Positions 10,560 to 19,783 of a DNA stretch of 47,089 bases are shown piece after piece. The notes under the pieces were generated by a model, which did not search any database, was not told where the DNA came from, and saw only the letters and a program-made list of their open reading frames with translations. The stretch covers positions 1-47,089 of the forward strand of contig JAAYPM010000110.1 of assembly GCA_012519815.1 (NCBI GenBank), given 5' to 3'. Position 1 is the first letter of the stretch. The number at the start of each line of letters is the position of its first letter. A program made the translations under genes and the position numbers. This stretch comes from Bacteroidales bacterium (GTDB lineage: Bacteria > Bacteroidota > Bacteroidia > Bacteroidales > UBA1715).

Positions 10560-11564
10560 ATGGCAAGAATACCAAGATTTTTACTTTTCGCATCATGTTT
10601 TGTTTTTATGTTAGGTTCATGTGTTTCTCAAAAGAAATACCAAACGCTCGAAACTAGCACACAGCTCACGCAAGACTCGTTACGTGTGGCACTTGCCAAC
10701 ATTCAAAAAGATATTTTTTCTGTTGAAGCTCGTAATAAAACATTAGAATCTCAGGTATTGCAATTACGTGCAGATAGCACTTCGAAAAATAGAATCATAA
10801 AAAATTTAGAGCTACAAGTTGCTGATTTAGAAGAGTTAAATAAAAACTTAGTAACCAAGCAATCGCGGCTTATTCAAGAAAATATGGCTGAGAATAAAAA
10901 AATTCTTGAAGAAATTCAAGCAACGCGTAGAAATATACAAATTCAAGAAGATGCACTTGATTCTATTCGTTTACATTTAGAAAAAGAACGCGAAGCACTT
11001 CAAAAAATCAGAACAGAGTTAGGCATTAAAAACGACGAAATACTTGTAAAAAATCTAAAAATTGCAGAAATGGAAGACCTTATTCGTCGTAAAGATTCTA
11101 TTACAAACGCACTTAGAACAAAAGTAAAAAGTGCATTAGTAGGTTTTGAAGGGCAAGGATTAACAATTGAAGAACGCGATGGTAAAATATACGTGCTACT
11201 TGACGAGGCTCTTTTATTTAGCGTTGGTAAAAGTGATGTTGCACCAAAAGGACAAGAAGCTTTGCAAAAACTTGCACAAGTGTTAGAACAAAATACCGAT
11301 ATCAATATTATGATTGAAGGGCATACCGACAATACAGGTGGAGCAAAACGCAATTGGGAATTAAGTGCAGAACGTGCACTTGCTATTTCGCAAATTCTCC
11401 TTACAAATTCAAAAATAGAAGGGTCTCGAATTACCGTTGCAGGGCGTGGACAATACAAACCAATATATACCGAAAACACTCCACAAGCACGTGCTCAAAA
11501 CAGACGAAGTGAAATTATACTCACTCCTGACTTAAAAGAATTATACGAGATAATTAATAATTAA
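10560..11564 (+). CDS. OmpA/MotB-family peptidoglycan-binding lipoprotein with long coiled coil
   Basis: Lipobox MLGS-C, heptad-rich middle, C-terminal LLFSVG...IEGHTD...NWELSAERA...NRRSEI. A -7 box TAATTTTG lies at 10522-10529. Confidence 0.88.
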   Translation: MARIPRFLLFASCFVFMLGSCVSQKKYQTLETSTQLTQDSLRVALANIQKDIFSVEARNKTLESQVLQLRADSTSKNRIIKNLELQVADLEELNKNLVTKQSRLIQENMAENKKILEEIQATRRNIQIQEDALDSIRLHLEKEREALQKIRTELGIKNDEILVKNLKIAEMEDLIRRKDSITNALRTKVKSALVGFEGQGLTIEERDGKIYVLLDEALLFSVGKSDVAPKGQEALQKLAQVLEQNTDINIMIEGHTDNTGGAKRNWELSAERALAISQILLTNSKIEGSRITVAGRGQYKPIYTENTPQARAQNRRSEIILTPDLKELYEIINN

Positions 11565-11652
11565 ATTGGCTTTTGAAAAATATACTATTTTTAAACTTTA
11601 TTATATTTAATAGATTGATATAATAATTGAGGAGAAAACGCATAATTATATT

Positions 11653-12357
11653 TTAAGAATGAGTATGTAATCCACATTCTTTTTTTGAATTATCTTCCCA
11701 CCACCATCTTCCTGCACGAAAATCTTCTCCTTGTTTAATGGCACGCGTACATGGCTCGCAGCCAATGCTCACAAAACCTTTATCGTGTAAAATATTATAG
11801 GGTATTGCCTCTTTTTTTACATAATCTTGTACTTGTGTAAATGTCCAATCTATCAGCAGATTACATTTTATCATTTCTCTATCTGCATCATATTCAAACA
11901 TAGTAAGGTCTTTTCTATTTGACGATTGCTCTGCACGAATGCCAGTAATCCACATTTTTTTATCTGCTAAAGCTCTATTAAGAGGCAACACTTTTCGTAT
12001 TGTGCAACATTCTTTACGGTCTTCAACAGAATTATAAAAACTCATAGGACCTTTTTCACGAAGCATGGTTTCTACCTGTGTAGTATCAGGAAAAAATGCA
12101 ACAATAGGTTTTTTATATTTTTCGAGAGTTTTATTATAAACTTTATAGGTTTCTTTAAAAAGCCTTCCGGTGTCTAATGTAATAACTTCAATAGGAATAG
12201 TATGTGTAAAAATAAGATGAGTAATAATTTGATCTTCTAACCCAAAACTTGTGGTAAACACAATAGAATTTGCATATTGTTCTGCTATATGTTGAAGCAC
12301 TTCTGGTAAAGTGTGATTTTCTGCATATAAATTTAAATCGCTAACAGTCTGATTCAT
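11653..12357 (-). CDS. cysH: Adenosine-5'-phosphosulfate / PAPS reductase (Fe-S APS reductase type)
   Basis: SFG, LDTG, ECC...RKV.PL, SIGCEPCT, RAGRW and C-terminal ECGLH; the CC...CxxC cluster ligands are present. Confidence 0.93.
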   Translation of the reverse strand: MNQTVSDLNLYAENHTLPEVLQHIAEQYANSIVFTTSFGLEDQIITHLIFTHTIPIEVITLDTGRLFKETYKVYNKTLEKYKKPIVAFFPDTTQVETMLREKGPMSFYNSVEDRKECCTIRKVLPLNRALADKKMWITGIRAEQSSNRKDLTMFEYDADREMIKCNLLIDWTFTQVQDYVKKEAIPYNILHDKGFVSIGCEPCTRAIKQGEDFRAGRWWWEDNSKKECGLHTHS

Positions 12358-12365
12358 AGTTGTTT

Positions 12366-12809
12366 TTATTTTTGATTTTCAAATTCAGTAATGTTTGCAA
12401 CCCACTCTTTTGGAATAGCATGTGTGGCTTGTGTTGTATAATTTATACAAACAAATGTGGTAACTGCAAACGCACAAATTTCCATTCCATTATCACTTTC
12501 CCTCAGAATAGCTTGTAACACTGTAAAGCTTTTTGTGCCAAAACGAATAACTTTTGATACTAATTGAATAGCATCGCCAAAAAATATTTCTTTTACGTAT
12601 GTTGTATTTACTTGTACAATAATTACATGCGTTTTTTTTGTAAGAGCATTTTCCCCTAAAACATCTTCAAAATAATGGGTTCGTCCTAAATCAAAATATT
12701 CATGAAAAACACCATTGTTTACATGCCCCGACAAATCAATATCATTGTATCTTATTTGAATAGGAATTGCATGATTAAATTTGTACGATGCTACCTCTTC
12801 TGCTTTCAT
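12366..12809 (-). CDS. Acyl-CoA thioesterase (4HBT/YbgC hotdog fold)
   Basis: IRYNDID..GHVNN motif. Likely start MKAEEV at 12809 overlaps the tsaC stop (TAATG). Confidence 0.85.
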   Translation of the reverse strand: MKAEEVASYKFNHAIPIQIRYNDIDLSGHVNNGVFHEYFDLGRTHYFEDVLGENALTKKTHVIIVQVNTTYVKEIFFGDAIQLVSKVIRFGTKSFTVLQAILRESDNGMEICAFAVTTFVCINYTTQATHAIPKEWVANITEFENQK

Positions 12810-13372
12810 TATTTTCGTATTATTGTGCATATACCAGAATTAGTTAATTTAATAATACTCGAAGCTTGCTGTGGACTTCGGTCGTCTCTACGATGCAAAA
12901 CAACATAATCAACCTGTGTAAGAATTGTTTCAGGTATTTGGTCGTAATATTGTGGATTTGGCTTACTATGAATATTTGCCGATGTAGAAACAATAGGTTT
13001 TCTAAATTGTTGAATAAGTTGTTGTGTAAAAGGCTCACGACATATACGAATACCTATTGAACCATCTTTGCCAATTAAATTTTCAGGAAGATTTATGGCT
13101 TTTTCAAATATAATTGTGATTGGTTTTTCTGAAAGTTCAAATAGTTCAAAAGCTATTTCTGGAGGATTTTCAACATATCGTTCGAGCATTGCCTCTGAAT
13201 CAACAAGAATGAGTAAAGGCATAGTTTCAGTTCGTTGTTTTAGCGTATAAATTGCTTCAATTGCCTTGGCATTTGTGGCATCGCAACCGATACCCCAAAT
13301 GGTATCGGTTGGATAACATACTATGCCTCCACTTCTAAGAACTGAAAGGGCATTTTTTATATCTTCTATCAT
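12809..13372 (-). CDS. tsaC: L-threonylcarbamoyladenylate synthase (Sua5/YrdC family)
   Basis: YPTDTIWGIGCDA, K.R and STSAN motifs. Confidence 0.9.
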   Translation of the reverse strand: MIEDIKNALSVLRSGGIVCYPTDTIWGIGCDATNAKAIEAIYTLKQRTETMPLLILVDSEAMLERYVENPPEIAFELFELSEKPITIIFEKAINLPENLIGKDGSIGIRICREPFTQQLIQQFRKPIVSTSANIHSKPNPQYYDQIPETILTQVDYVVLHRRDDRSPQQASSIIKLTNSGICTIIRK

Positions 13373-14605
13373 TTATAATGATGCATTTTTTATGCGATCC
13401 ATAGCTTCAATTACGTTTTCGCGCGATGCAAATGAAGAAAATCTGAAATATCCCTCACCCGAAGGTCCAAATCCTGAACCAGGTGTGCCTACAACTTGAA
13501 TTTTCTCAAGTAATGTATCAAAGAAATCCCATGATTTCATATTGTTTTTTGTTTTAAGCCACACATACGGAGCATTTACCCCACCATACACAGAAAAACC
13601 TTGTTGTTCAAGGCTTTGTTTCATAATTTTTGCATTTTCCATATAGTATGCAATTATTTCTTCTGTTTGTTTTTTTCCTTCAGGAGTATATATTGCCGCA
13701 GCCGCTTTTTGAACAGGATATGATGCTCCGTTAAATTTTGTAGAATGCCGTCTGCTCCATAATTTTTTTACCGAAACCTGTTCTCCTTTTGAATTTTGAG
13801 CAGTTAATTTTTCGGGAATAACTATATATGCACATCGAGTACCTGTAAATCCTGCTTTTTTAGAAAAACTCCGAAATTCAATAGCACATGAATCGGCTCC
13901 TTCAATTTCAAAAATTGAATGTGGCACATCTTTTTCTTGAATAAAAGCTTCGTATGCTGCATCAAATAAAATGATTGCATTATTTGCTTGTGCGTAGTCA
14001 ACCCATTGTTTTAGTTCCTGTTTTGTTGCAGTAGTACCAGTAGGATTATTTGGATAGCATAAAAATATAATATCAACTGGTTTTTGAGGAATTTCCGGAA
14101 TAAAACGATTTTCTTCGGTACATGGCATATAGTGAATACCTTCATAATATCCATTTTTTTGCATACTGCCAGTTCGCCCCGCCATAACTGTAGTATCAAC
14201 ATACACAGGATATACGGGGTCTTGTACAGCAATACTATTATTCATTCCAAATATTTCGAGAATGTTACCCGTATCGCATTTTGAACCATCAGAAATAAAA
14301 ATATCATCGGCAGTAATAGCCACTCCTTTATCTTGAAATTCGTGTTTTGCAATAGCTTCTCGTAAAAATGCATATCCTTGTTCGGGACCATATCCTTTAA
14401 AACTATGGTCGTGTGCCATTTCTTCAACACCTGCATGAAAAGCTTCAATAACTGCGGGACAAAGAGGTAAAGTTACATCTCCAATACCCATTCTAATAAT
14501 TTTTTTATCAGGATTTTCCTGTGCATATGCATTTACACGGCGTCCTATTTCAGGAAATAAATACCCTGCTTGTAATTTTTCGTAATGCTCGTTTAAGCGT
14601 GCCAT
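13373..14605 (-). CDS. dapL: LL-diaminopimelate aminotransferase
   Basis: [47 protein letters not shown] and TPGSGFG motifs. Likely ATG at 14605; -7 box TATATTTG at 14636-14643. Confidence 0.96.
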   Translation of the reverse strand: MARLNEHYEKLQAGYLFPEIGRRVNAYAQENPDKKIIRMGIGDVTLPLCPAVIEAFHAGVEEMAHDHSFKGYGPEQGYAFLREAIAKHEFQDKGVAITADDIFISDGSKCDTGNILEIFGMNNSIAVQDPVYPVYVDTTVMAGRTGSMQKNGYYEGIHYMPCTEENRFIPEIPQKPVDIIFLCYPNNPTGTTATKQELKQWVDYAQANNAIILFDAAYEAFIQEKDVPHSIFEIEGADSCAIEFRSFSKKAGFTGTRCAYIVIPEKLTAQNSKGEQVSVKKLWSRRHSTKFNGASYPVQKAAAAIYTPEGKKQTEEIIAYYMENAKIMKQSLEQQGFSVYGGVNAPYVWLKTKNNMKSWDFFDTLLEKIQVVGTPGSGFGPSGEGYFRFSSFASRENVIEAMDRIKNASL

Positions 14606-14707
14606 AATTTTTGTCAATATAATTAATAATTAATGCAAATATATAATTAAAGTGTTCATTTTAGAAAAATCAAAAAGCGAATCGAAAACCTTTTTTTATG
14701 ATATGTA

Positions 14708-15682
14708 TTATTTTTTGCGTGTGCAAATATAATCAATGAGAGAAACCAGAGCTTCTTGTGCCTCATTATGCGAAAATGTATATACTATTTGTTTTGCTTC
14801 GGAGCATAGTTCTTCAATTTTTGCTTCGGCGTATTCAATTCCATTATGTTGCATAATAAAATTCACAATTTCTTGAAGTTTTTTTGGATTGTTTTTATGT
14901 CCTTTTAAAAGCTTTTTTATGTGCAATTGTTCTTTTTTTGACACTTGTTTAAGCGCATGTAACAATGGGAGTGTTATTTTTTTCTCTTTTAAATCATTCC
15001 ATATAGGTTTTCCAATAACAGATGTTTTTGAATAATCCAATACATCATCTTTAATTTGAAATGCCACACCTAACAACAGGGCGATTTTCTTCAGTTTTTC
15101 CGCATCTTTTTCTTGTAAATTTCCTGTGGAATGTGCCCCAGAAAGCATAGCTGCTACAAATAAACTTGCAGTTTTTTTCTCAATAATTTGAAAATAAATA
15201 TCTTCAGAATTTGATACAAGTTTTGCTTTTTCAATTTGCAATAATTCGCCTTCGCTCATATCTTTAACCGCCGTAGAAATGATTTTTAGCAGTTCTATAT
15301 GATTTGTTTCAATAGCATGCAATAAGCCTTTTGCTAACAAATAATCGCCTACTAACACACTTATTTTATTTTTCCACAATGCATTTACCGAGAAAAAACC
15401 ACGACGTTTCATAGAATTATCCACAACATCGTCATGAAGTAATGTAGCGGTATGCATAAGTTCAATCATAAATGCAGCTGAATAGCTTGCTTCGGTAACA
15501 GAACCAATTAAACGAGCACTTAAAAAAACTAAACTTGGGCGAATTTGTTTCCCTTTTGTTTTTAAAATATACGATGTAATAAGCGATAGTAACGATTTTT
15601 TTGAAGAAAGTTCTTTTTTAAATCGAGCATCAAATTCTTGAATATCAGATTTTATAAAAGAAAGAAATAAGGGGGTATTCAT
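14708..15682 (-). CDS. Long-chain polyprenyl diphosphate synthase (IspB-like)
   Basis: GKQIRP, LLHDDVVD...RRG, GE.LQ, KTA and FQIKDD.LD motifs. Confidence 0.93.
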   Translation of the reverse strand: MNTPLFLSFIKSDIQEFDARFKKELSSKKSLLSLITSYILKTKGKQIRPSLVFLSARLIGSVTEASYSAAFMIELMHTATLLHDDVVDNSMKRRGFFSVNALWKNKISVLVGDYLLAKGLLHAIETNHIELLKIISTAVKDMSEGELLQIEKAKLVSNSEDIYFQIIEKKTASLFVAAMLSGAHSTGNLQEKDAEKLKKIALLLGVAFQIKDDVLDYSKTSVIGKPIWNDLKEKKITLPLLHALKQVSKKEQLHIKKLLKGHKNNPKKLQEIVNFIMQHNGIEYAEAKIEELCSEAKQIVYTFSHNEAQEALVSLIDYICTRKK

Positions 15683-15701
15683 ACATGCAGATTATGTAGC
15701 G

Positions 15702-16082
15702 TTACTCTTCTATTTCTTGAATAGAAAACTCAACATCAAGGAGTTTTGAATATCGGAGACCTGACAACATCATATCCACATCTTCTTTTCGGTATTTCCA
15801 AATTATTTCGAGTGATACTTCGTGAGAAATTTTTTCGAGAAGGAGTAAAATTTTTGCAATTTGTTTTGCGGTTGCAGTGTTAAAATATTCTAATTCAAAA
15901 ACGAATTGAATATCATCGTCGGGTAAATTTTGTCGAAATTCTTCGAGCCATTCAAATACAGGAGCATAAAAGCCATTCGCATTTTCAGGCAACGAGCGGT
16001 GCGAAATTTTAAATATGTGTTCAGCAGGATTTAAAATTATTTCTGGCGTTTCCTCAGTTTTTTCAATAATAAATGCTTCCAT
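15702..16082 (-). CDS. SiaC-family regulatory phosphoprotein (DUF1987), copy 1
   Basis: IEKTEETPEI...GxS/HRSLPENA..FY.P...W...LEYFNTA..K pattern of DUF1987; lies directly downstream of a SiaB-family gene. Confidence 0.85.
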   Translation of the reverse strand: MEAFIIEKTEETPEIILNPAEHIFKISHRSLPENANGFYAPVFEWLEEFRQNLPDDDIQFVFELEYFNTATAKQIAKILLLLEKISHEVSLEIIWKYRKEDVDMMLSGLRYSKLLDVEFSIQEIEE

Positions 16083-16087
16083 AGTGT

Positions 16088-17203
16088 TTATATTATTATT
16101 TGTAATGAAAAAAATGATATGGTATCATTAACCTCAGAAAAACTATAAAGTAACTTATTTCCGCTTTTCATTCGTAAATCAATAATTCCTAATCCTGCTT
16201 CTTTACTACTATCAATATCAAAATTTAACAGTCGTTGTGTATAAAACATATCAAGATTTTCTCCCTCAATACCATTTACATAGTCTATTTTTTCAGAAAG
16301 TTCTTTCACTATAGATTTTTTAATATAATTTCCAGAACTTAATTTATATGAATTATTTGATTCCGAAATAAAGAAAATGCCTGGGTTTCCACCAAGTTCA
16401 TCATCTTTTTTCTCTCCATGTTTTACAATATTTTGAAGCATTTCTACCATAATGTTAAACAATTTCTTTTTTACATCAACAGCTCCAATTGGCTGACTCT
16501 CAATTGTTGAGAGCAGATGAATTAATCCCTCTTGGTTTAAACTTCCATTGTAAATTAAAATAATATTTTCACGATTTATAATTTCGTGAAGATTTTTAAT
16601 ATTATTTAAATCAATTTCATTAAACGCACTTTCAGAATTTTTTGAAATAGCCGTATGTAAATAAAAATACGAAAGTTCTTCGTCAAGAGTTTTAAAATCG
16701 TAAAATAATTTATTTCCTGATTTTCGAGCCATTTCAATTAAACCTAAACCTGCTCCGCCTTTTTCCGAAATACTTCCGTCCTCAAGAATTTGTTTATAAT
16801 ATGCTTTAAGATCATCTTTTTCGAGACTGTTAATTGTATTAAGCATCTCTTGCAACTGTGTGATAGTAGAGTTTTCTACAACATTGCCAGATGTTATTTG
16901 ATATGCTTCGTTATGATTTTGAATAACAAAAATACCCGCTTGGTATGGTCCTTCGCATATTGTGTTTTGAGGTGTTTGATGACGAGTTACATTTTGTAAA
17001 CACTCAACCATAATAGAAAACACCCGCTTTTTTACTTTGGAAGATTCTCCACTTGATTCTAAATTGTTTTCAGCAAGCGAAATAATGCTGTCGGTAATGT
17101 TTTGTGTAAAAAGACCCCGATAAATGTATCCGAGATTGTCTTTTTGCATACCTTCAAACAACGTAAATCCATATCCAATCTTTTCTATGTCTTGTTCAGC
17201 CAC
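16088..17203 (-). CDS. SiaB-family protein kinase (DUF6272) with two tandem domains
   Basis: Two copies of the pattern Y.G...KK.F.IMVE.LQN..H...G.F.I...Y...SGN...AGLG.I....KSGNKL.Y.F; GTG start. Confidence 0.85.
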   Translation of the reverse strand: MAEQDIEKIGYGFTLFEGMQKDNLGYIYRGLFTQNITDSIISLAENNLESSGESSKVKKRVFSIMVECLQNVTRHQTPQNTICEGPYQAGIFVIQNHNEAYQITSGNVVENSTITQLQEMLNTINSLEKDDLKAYYKQILEDGSISEKGGAGLGLIEMARKSGNKLFYDFKTLDEELSYFYLHTAISKNSESAFNEIDLNNIKNLHEIINRENIILIYNGSLNQEGLIHLLSTIESQPIGAVDVKKKLFNIMVEMLQNIVKHGEKKDDELGGNPGIFFISESNNSYKLSSGNYIKKSIVKELSEKIDYVNGIEGENLDMFYTQRLLNFDIDSSKEAGLGIIDLRMKSGNKLLYSFSEVNDTISFFSLQIII

Positions 17204-17238
17204 ACGATTTCCTTTTATAGGTTTAGACTTTAATCTAA

Positions 17239-17270
17239 CAAAGATATTTATTTATATTGTAAAATACAAA
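17239..17270 (-). promoter_or_regulatory. Housekeeping-type promoter of the siaB-siaC-polyprenyl synthase unit
   Basis: Minus strand TTTG (17267-17270), 20-nt spacer, TATCTTTG (17239-17246). A divergent plus-strand -7 box TAAATTTG lies at 17303-17310. Confidence 0.65.
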
Positions 17271-17338
17271 ATAAAAGCATGGGTAAAACCGTATTCTTTT
17301 TTTAAATTTGCTCTTTTTGTATTTCTGTTGCTTTTTAT

Positions 17339-18772
17339 ATGAATTATTGTAGTGTATATCTGCATTGTAAGGGTATTTGTTTTACAATTCTAACATTTTT
17401 AATTGCTATGGCAATTATGTGCATGATTTCGTGTTCTAAAAATGAAATACTTTCTTTACCAAACTATTCTTTGCAATATTCTGTAGAACAAATTGATTTT
17501 GACACACTTTTTACTGAAACGGGCAGTATTACTCGTGCAATAAAACTATACAATCCTCATAAAGGCTCTCTTTTAATTGATGCAATTGAATTACTACAAG
17601 GTTCTAATTCCCAATATATTATGAATGTAAATGGTGTGTCGGGAACAATAATAAAAAATGTTGAAATTGCGGCACAGGATAGCATATATATATTTATGCA
17701 AGCTTTTTTGAATCAAAATAATGTTGATACGCTTGTGCAATATGTTGATTCATTGCTAATTTCATATAATTCTAAACGAGAGTCATTGCCTATTGTTTCG
17801 TGGGGACAAGATGTTATTAAACATAAAGGCGAAATGCGAGAAAGTTTTACTATTACTGCCGGAAAACCGCATGTAATTCTTGATTCGTTGGTTATACTAA
17901 AAGGGCATACACTTACCATTGAAGCAGGGGCACGTTTGTATTTGCATTATAAAGCAAATCTTGTTATTCATGGTTCGTTATGTGTGCAGGGAACATATGA
18001 TAAGCCTGTGTTGTTTAGTTCAAATAGAATCGAAGAAGCGTATGAAACTTTACCCGGACAATGGGGAAGCATAATTTTTCGTGAATCAAGTACGGCAAAT
18101 ACTTTTGAATATGCTGTTATTCGCAATGCTGTAAACGGATTGCGTGTGTATGGAAATGCAGAAAATCCTATTAGCATTTCTCTTACTAATACGCGTATTC
18201 AAAATATGTCTGCAAATTGCATTTTTGCCGAAAACGCTCACATTTCTGCATCTAATTGTGTGTTGGCAAATGCTAATGATTATGTGTTGGCACTGCAAGG
18301 CGGTGCTCATTCGTTTGTTCATTCTAGTATTTCAAATCAAGGTGCAATTGGCGGACGAAATTATGTGCCATCTGTGGCTATTAGTAATTATTCGTTTGTG
18401 AACGAACAGGAGTGCCCTTTGTTGCAAGTTGTTTTTTCAAATTCTATTATTGTAGGTAAAATTCAAAATGAAATTGATGTATTTACGCAAAATGATACTG
18501 ATGTTCTTGATGTGGAGTTTTTTAATTGTTTAGTAAAAACAACAATAGAATCAAAATATGCTCATTATTTTAATTCGTCTATTCAATTTGATGAACATGA
18601 AAACTTATTTCGCAATATGTATGAGTTAAATTTCACACTTGACACTCTTTCGCAAGCTAAGGATAATGGAAATTTTGAGGTGGCACAATTAGTTCCAGAT
18701 GATTTTCGTGGACAATCAAGAATTGCTGATACAAAACCTGATATTGGAGCGTATGAGTTTTTTTCGGAGTAA
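17339..18772 (+). CDS. Lipoprotein with Ig-like N-terminus and right-handed parallel beta-helix, ending in a choice-of-anchor Q-like motif
   Basis: Lipobox-like MIS-C; FDTLFT...GS.T; LTIEAGA...GT..KPV.F...GQWG beta-helix cap; C-terminal DFRGQSR...PDIGAYE. Confidence 0.7.
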   Translation: MNYCSVYLHCKGICFTILTFLIAMAIMCMISCSKNEILSLPNYSLQYSVEQIDFDTLFTETGSITRAIKLYNPHKGSLLIDAIELLQGSNSQYIMNVNGVSGTIIKNVEIAAQDSIYIFMQAFLNQNNVDTLVQYVDSLLISYNSKRESLPIVSWGQDVIKHKGEMRESFTITAGKPHVILDSLVILKGHTLTIEAGARLYLHYKANLVIHGSLCVQGTYDKPVLFSSNRIEEAYETLPGQWGSIIFRESSTANTFEYAVIRNAVNGLRVYGNAENPISISLTNTRIQNMSANCIFAENAHISASNCVLANANDYVLALQGGAHSFVHSSISNQGAIGGRNYVPSVAISNYSFVNEQECPLLQVVFSNSIIVGKIQNEIDVFTQNDTDVLDVEFFNCLVKTTIESKYAHYFNSSIQFDEHENLFRNMYELNFTLDTLSQAKDNGNFEVAQLVPDDFRGQSRIADTKPDIGAYEFFSE

Positions 18773-19757
18773 TAGGGTTGTTGCATGTATTGCTTTTCTT
18801 TTTTGCATTTCATATATAGCAATAGGTCAGCAAGATAACGAAGATTCACAATCGTTTTCTGTACTTTTTTATAATATTGAAAATTTATTTGACACAATTG
18901 CCAGCTCTTGCACAAATGATAGTGAATTTACACCTCAAAGCGAAAAGCAATGGAACACGCGAAAATATTATAAAAAATTACATGCAATTTCAAAAGTTAT
19001 TATTGCTGCGGGAGCATGGAATCCGCCTGATATTATTGCTTTTGCTGAAGTTGAATCTCCTTCGTGCACACGCGATATTTTGAGTAAAACGGCTCTTTCA
19101 AAAATGAGATATTCGTATATTCATCACGAATCGCCCGACCGTAGGGGGATTGATGTTTCTTTAGCATATAATCCAAAAACATTTATTCCTCTTTTTGATT
19201 CGGCAATTGCCGTAACTCTCCCTGATGAACCTCATTTCGCAACTCGCGATATACTATATGTGAAAGGTATTATGTCGTTATGGAATGACACACTTCATGT
19301 ATTTGCTCTCCATTTTCCGTCTCGATTTGGCGGAGCAAAAAAAAGTGAATATAAACGAATTGCCGCTACAAATGTGCTTATCAGCTGTATTTCAGACATA
19401 TATGCACAATTGCCTTCGGCTCGTATTATTGTTATGGGAGATTTTAATGATACTCCTAAAAACAAAGCTCCACAATTTCTTGCTGCTGCCTGTTCAAATA
19501 ATTTTATTCGACTTAGTGATTCAAATCAATTAGGTACCAATGTATATAAAAATATGTGGCACGAAATTGACCAATGCTATGTTTCTGTGTCTTTGCATAG
19601 TAATTATACGCTTACGTATTCTATTATTTCATTTGATTTTATGCTGCAAACCGATTCGCATGGAAGAACAAAACCGTTTCGTACATATGCTGGACCTTAT
19701 TATTTAGGTGGATATAGCGATCATTTACCTATTTTGTGCCGATTTCAAAAACCATAA
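18753..19757 (+). CDS. Secreted endonuclease/exonuclease/phosphatase family protein
   Basis: FYNIENLFD, EVE, D.RGIDV, HFPSR, MGDFND and GYSDHLP motifs. Likely start MSFFRS at 18753, followed by a signal peptide. Confidence 0.9.
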   Translation: MSFFRSNRVVACIAFLFCISYIAIGQQDNEDSQSFSVLFYNIENLFDTIASSCTNDSEFTPQSEKQWNTRKYYKKLHAISKVIIAAGAWNPPDIIAFAEVESPSCTRDILSKTALSKMRYSYIHHESPDRRGIDVSLAYNPKTFIPLFDSAIAVTLPDEPHFATRDILYVKGIMSLWNDTLHVFALHFPSRFGGAKKSEYKRIAATNVLISCISDIYAQLPSARIIVMGDFNDTPKNKAPQFLAAACSNNFIRLSDSNQLGTNVYKNMWHEIDQCYVSVSLHSNYTLTYSIISFDFMLQTDSHGRTKPFRTYAGPYYLGGYSDHLPILCRFQKP

Positions 19758-19783
19758 ATTAGCTACTACTTATTTTTTGCATT

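Noticed and set aside
11000-11479. 159-aa antisense ORF, and similar ones such as 19946-20401, 34793-35131 and 35723-36043
   Set aside because: Fully nested opposite well-supported genes, with no recognisable motifs.
10560-11564. MotB-like protein as evidence of flagella
   Set aside because: It is a lipoprotein lacking the MotB transmembrane Asp motif, with no motA or flagellar genes nearby; this is a common Bacteroidota OmpA-family protein.
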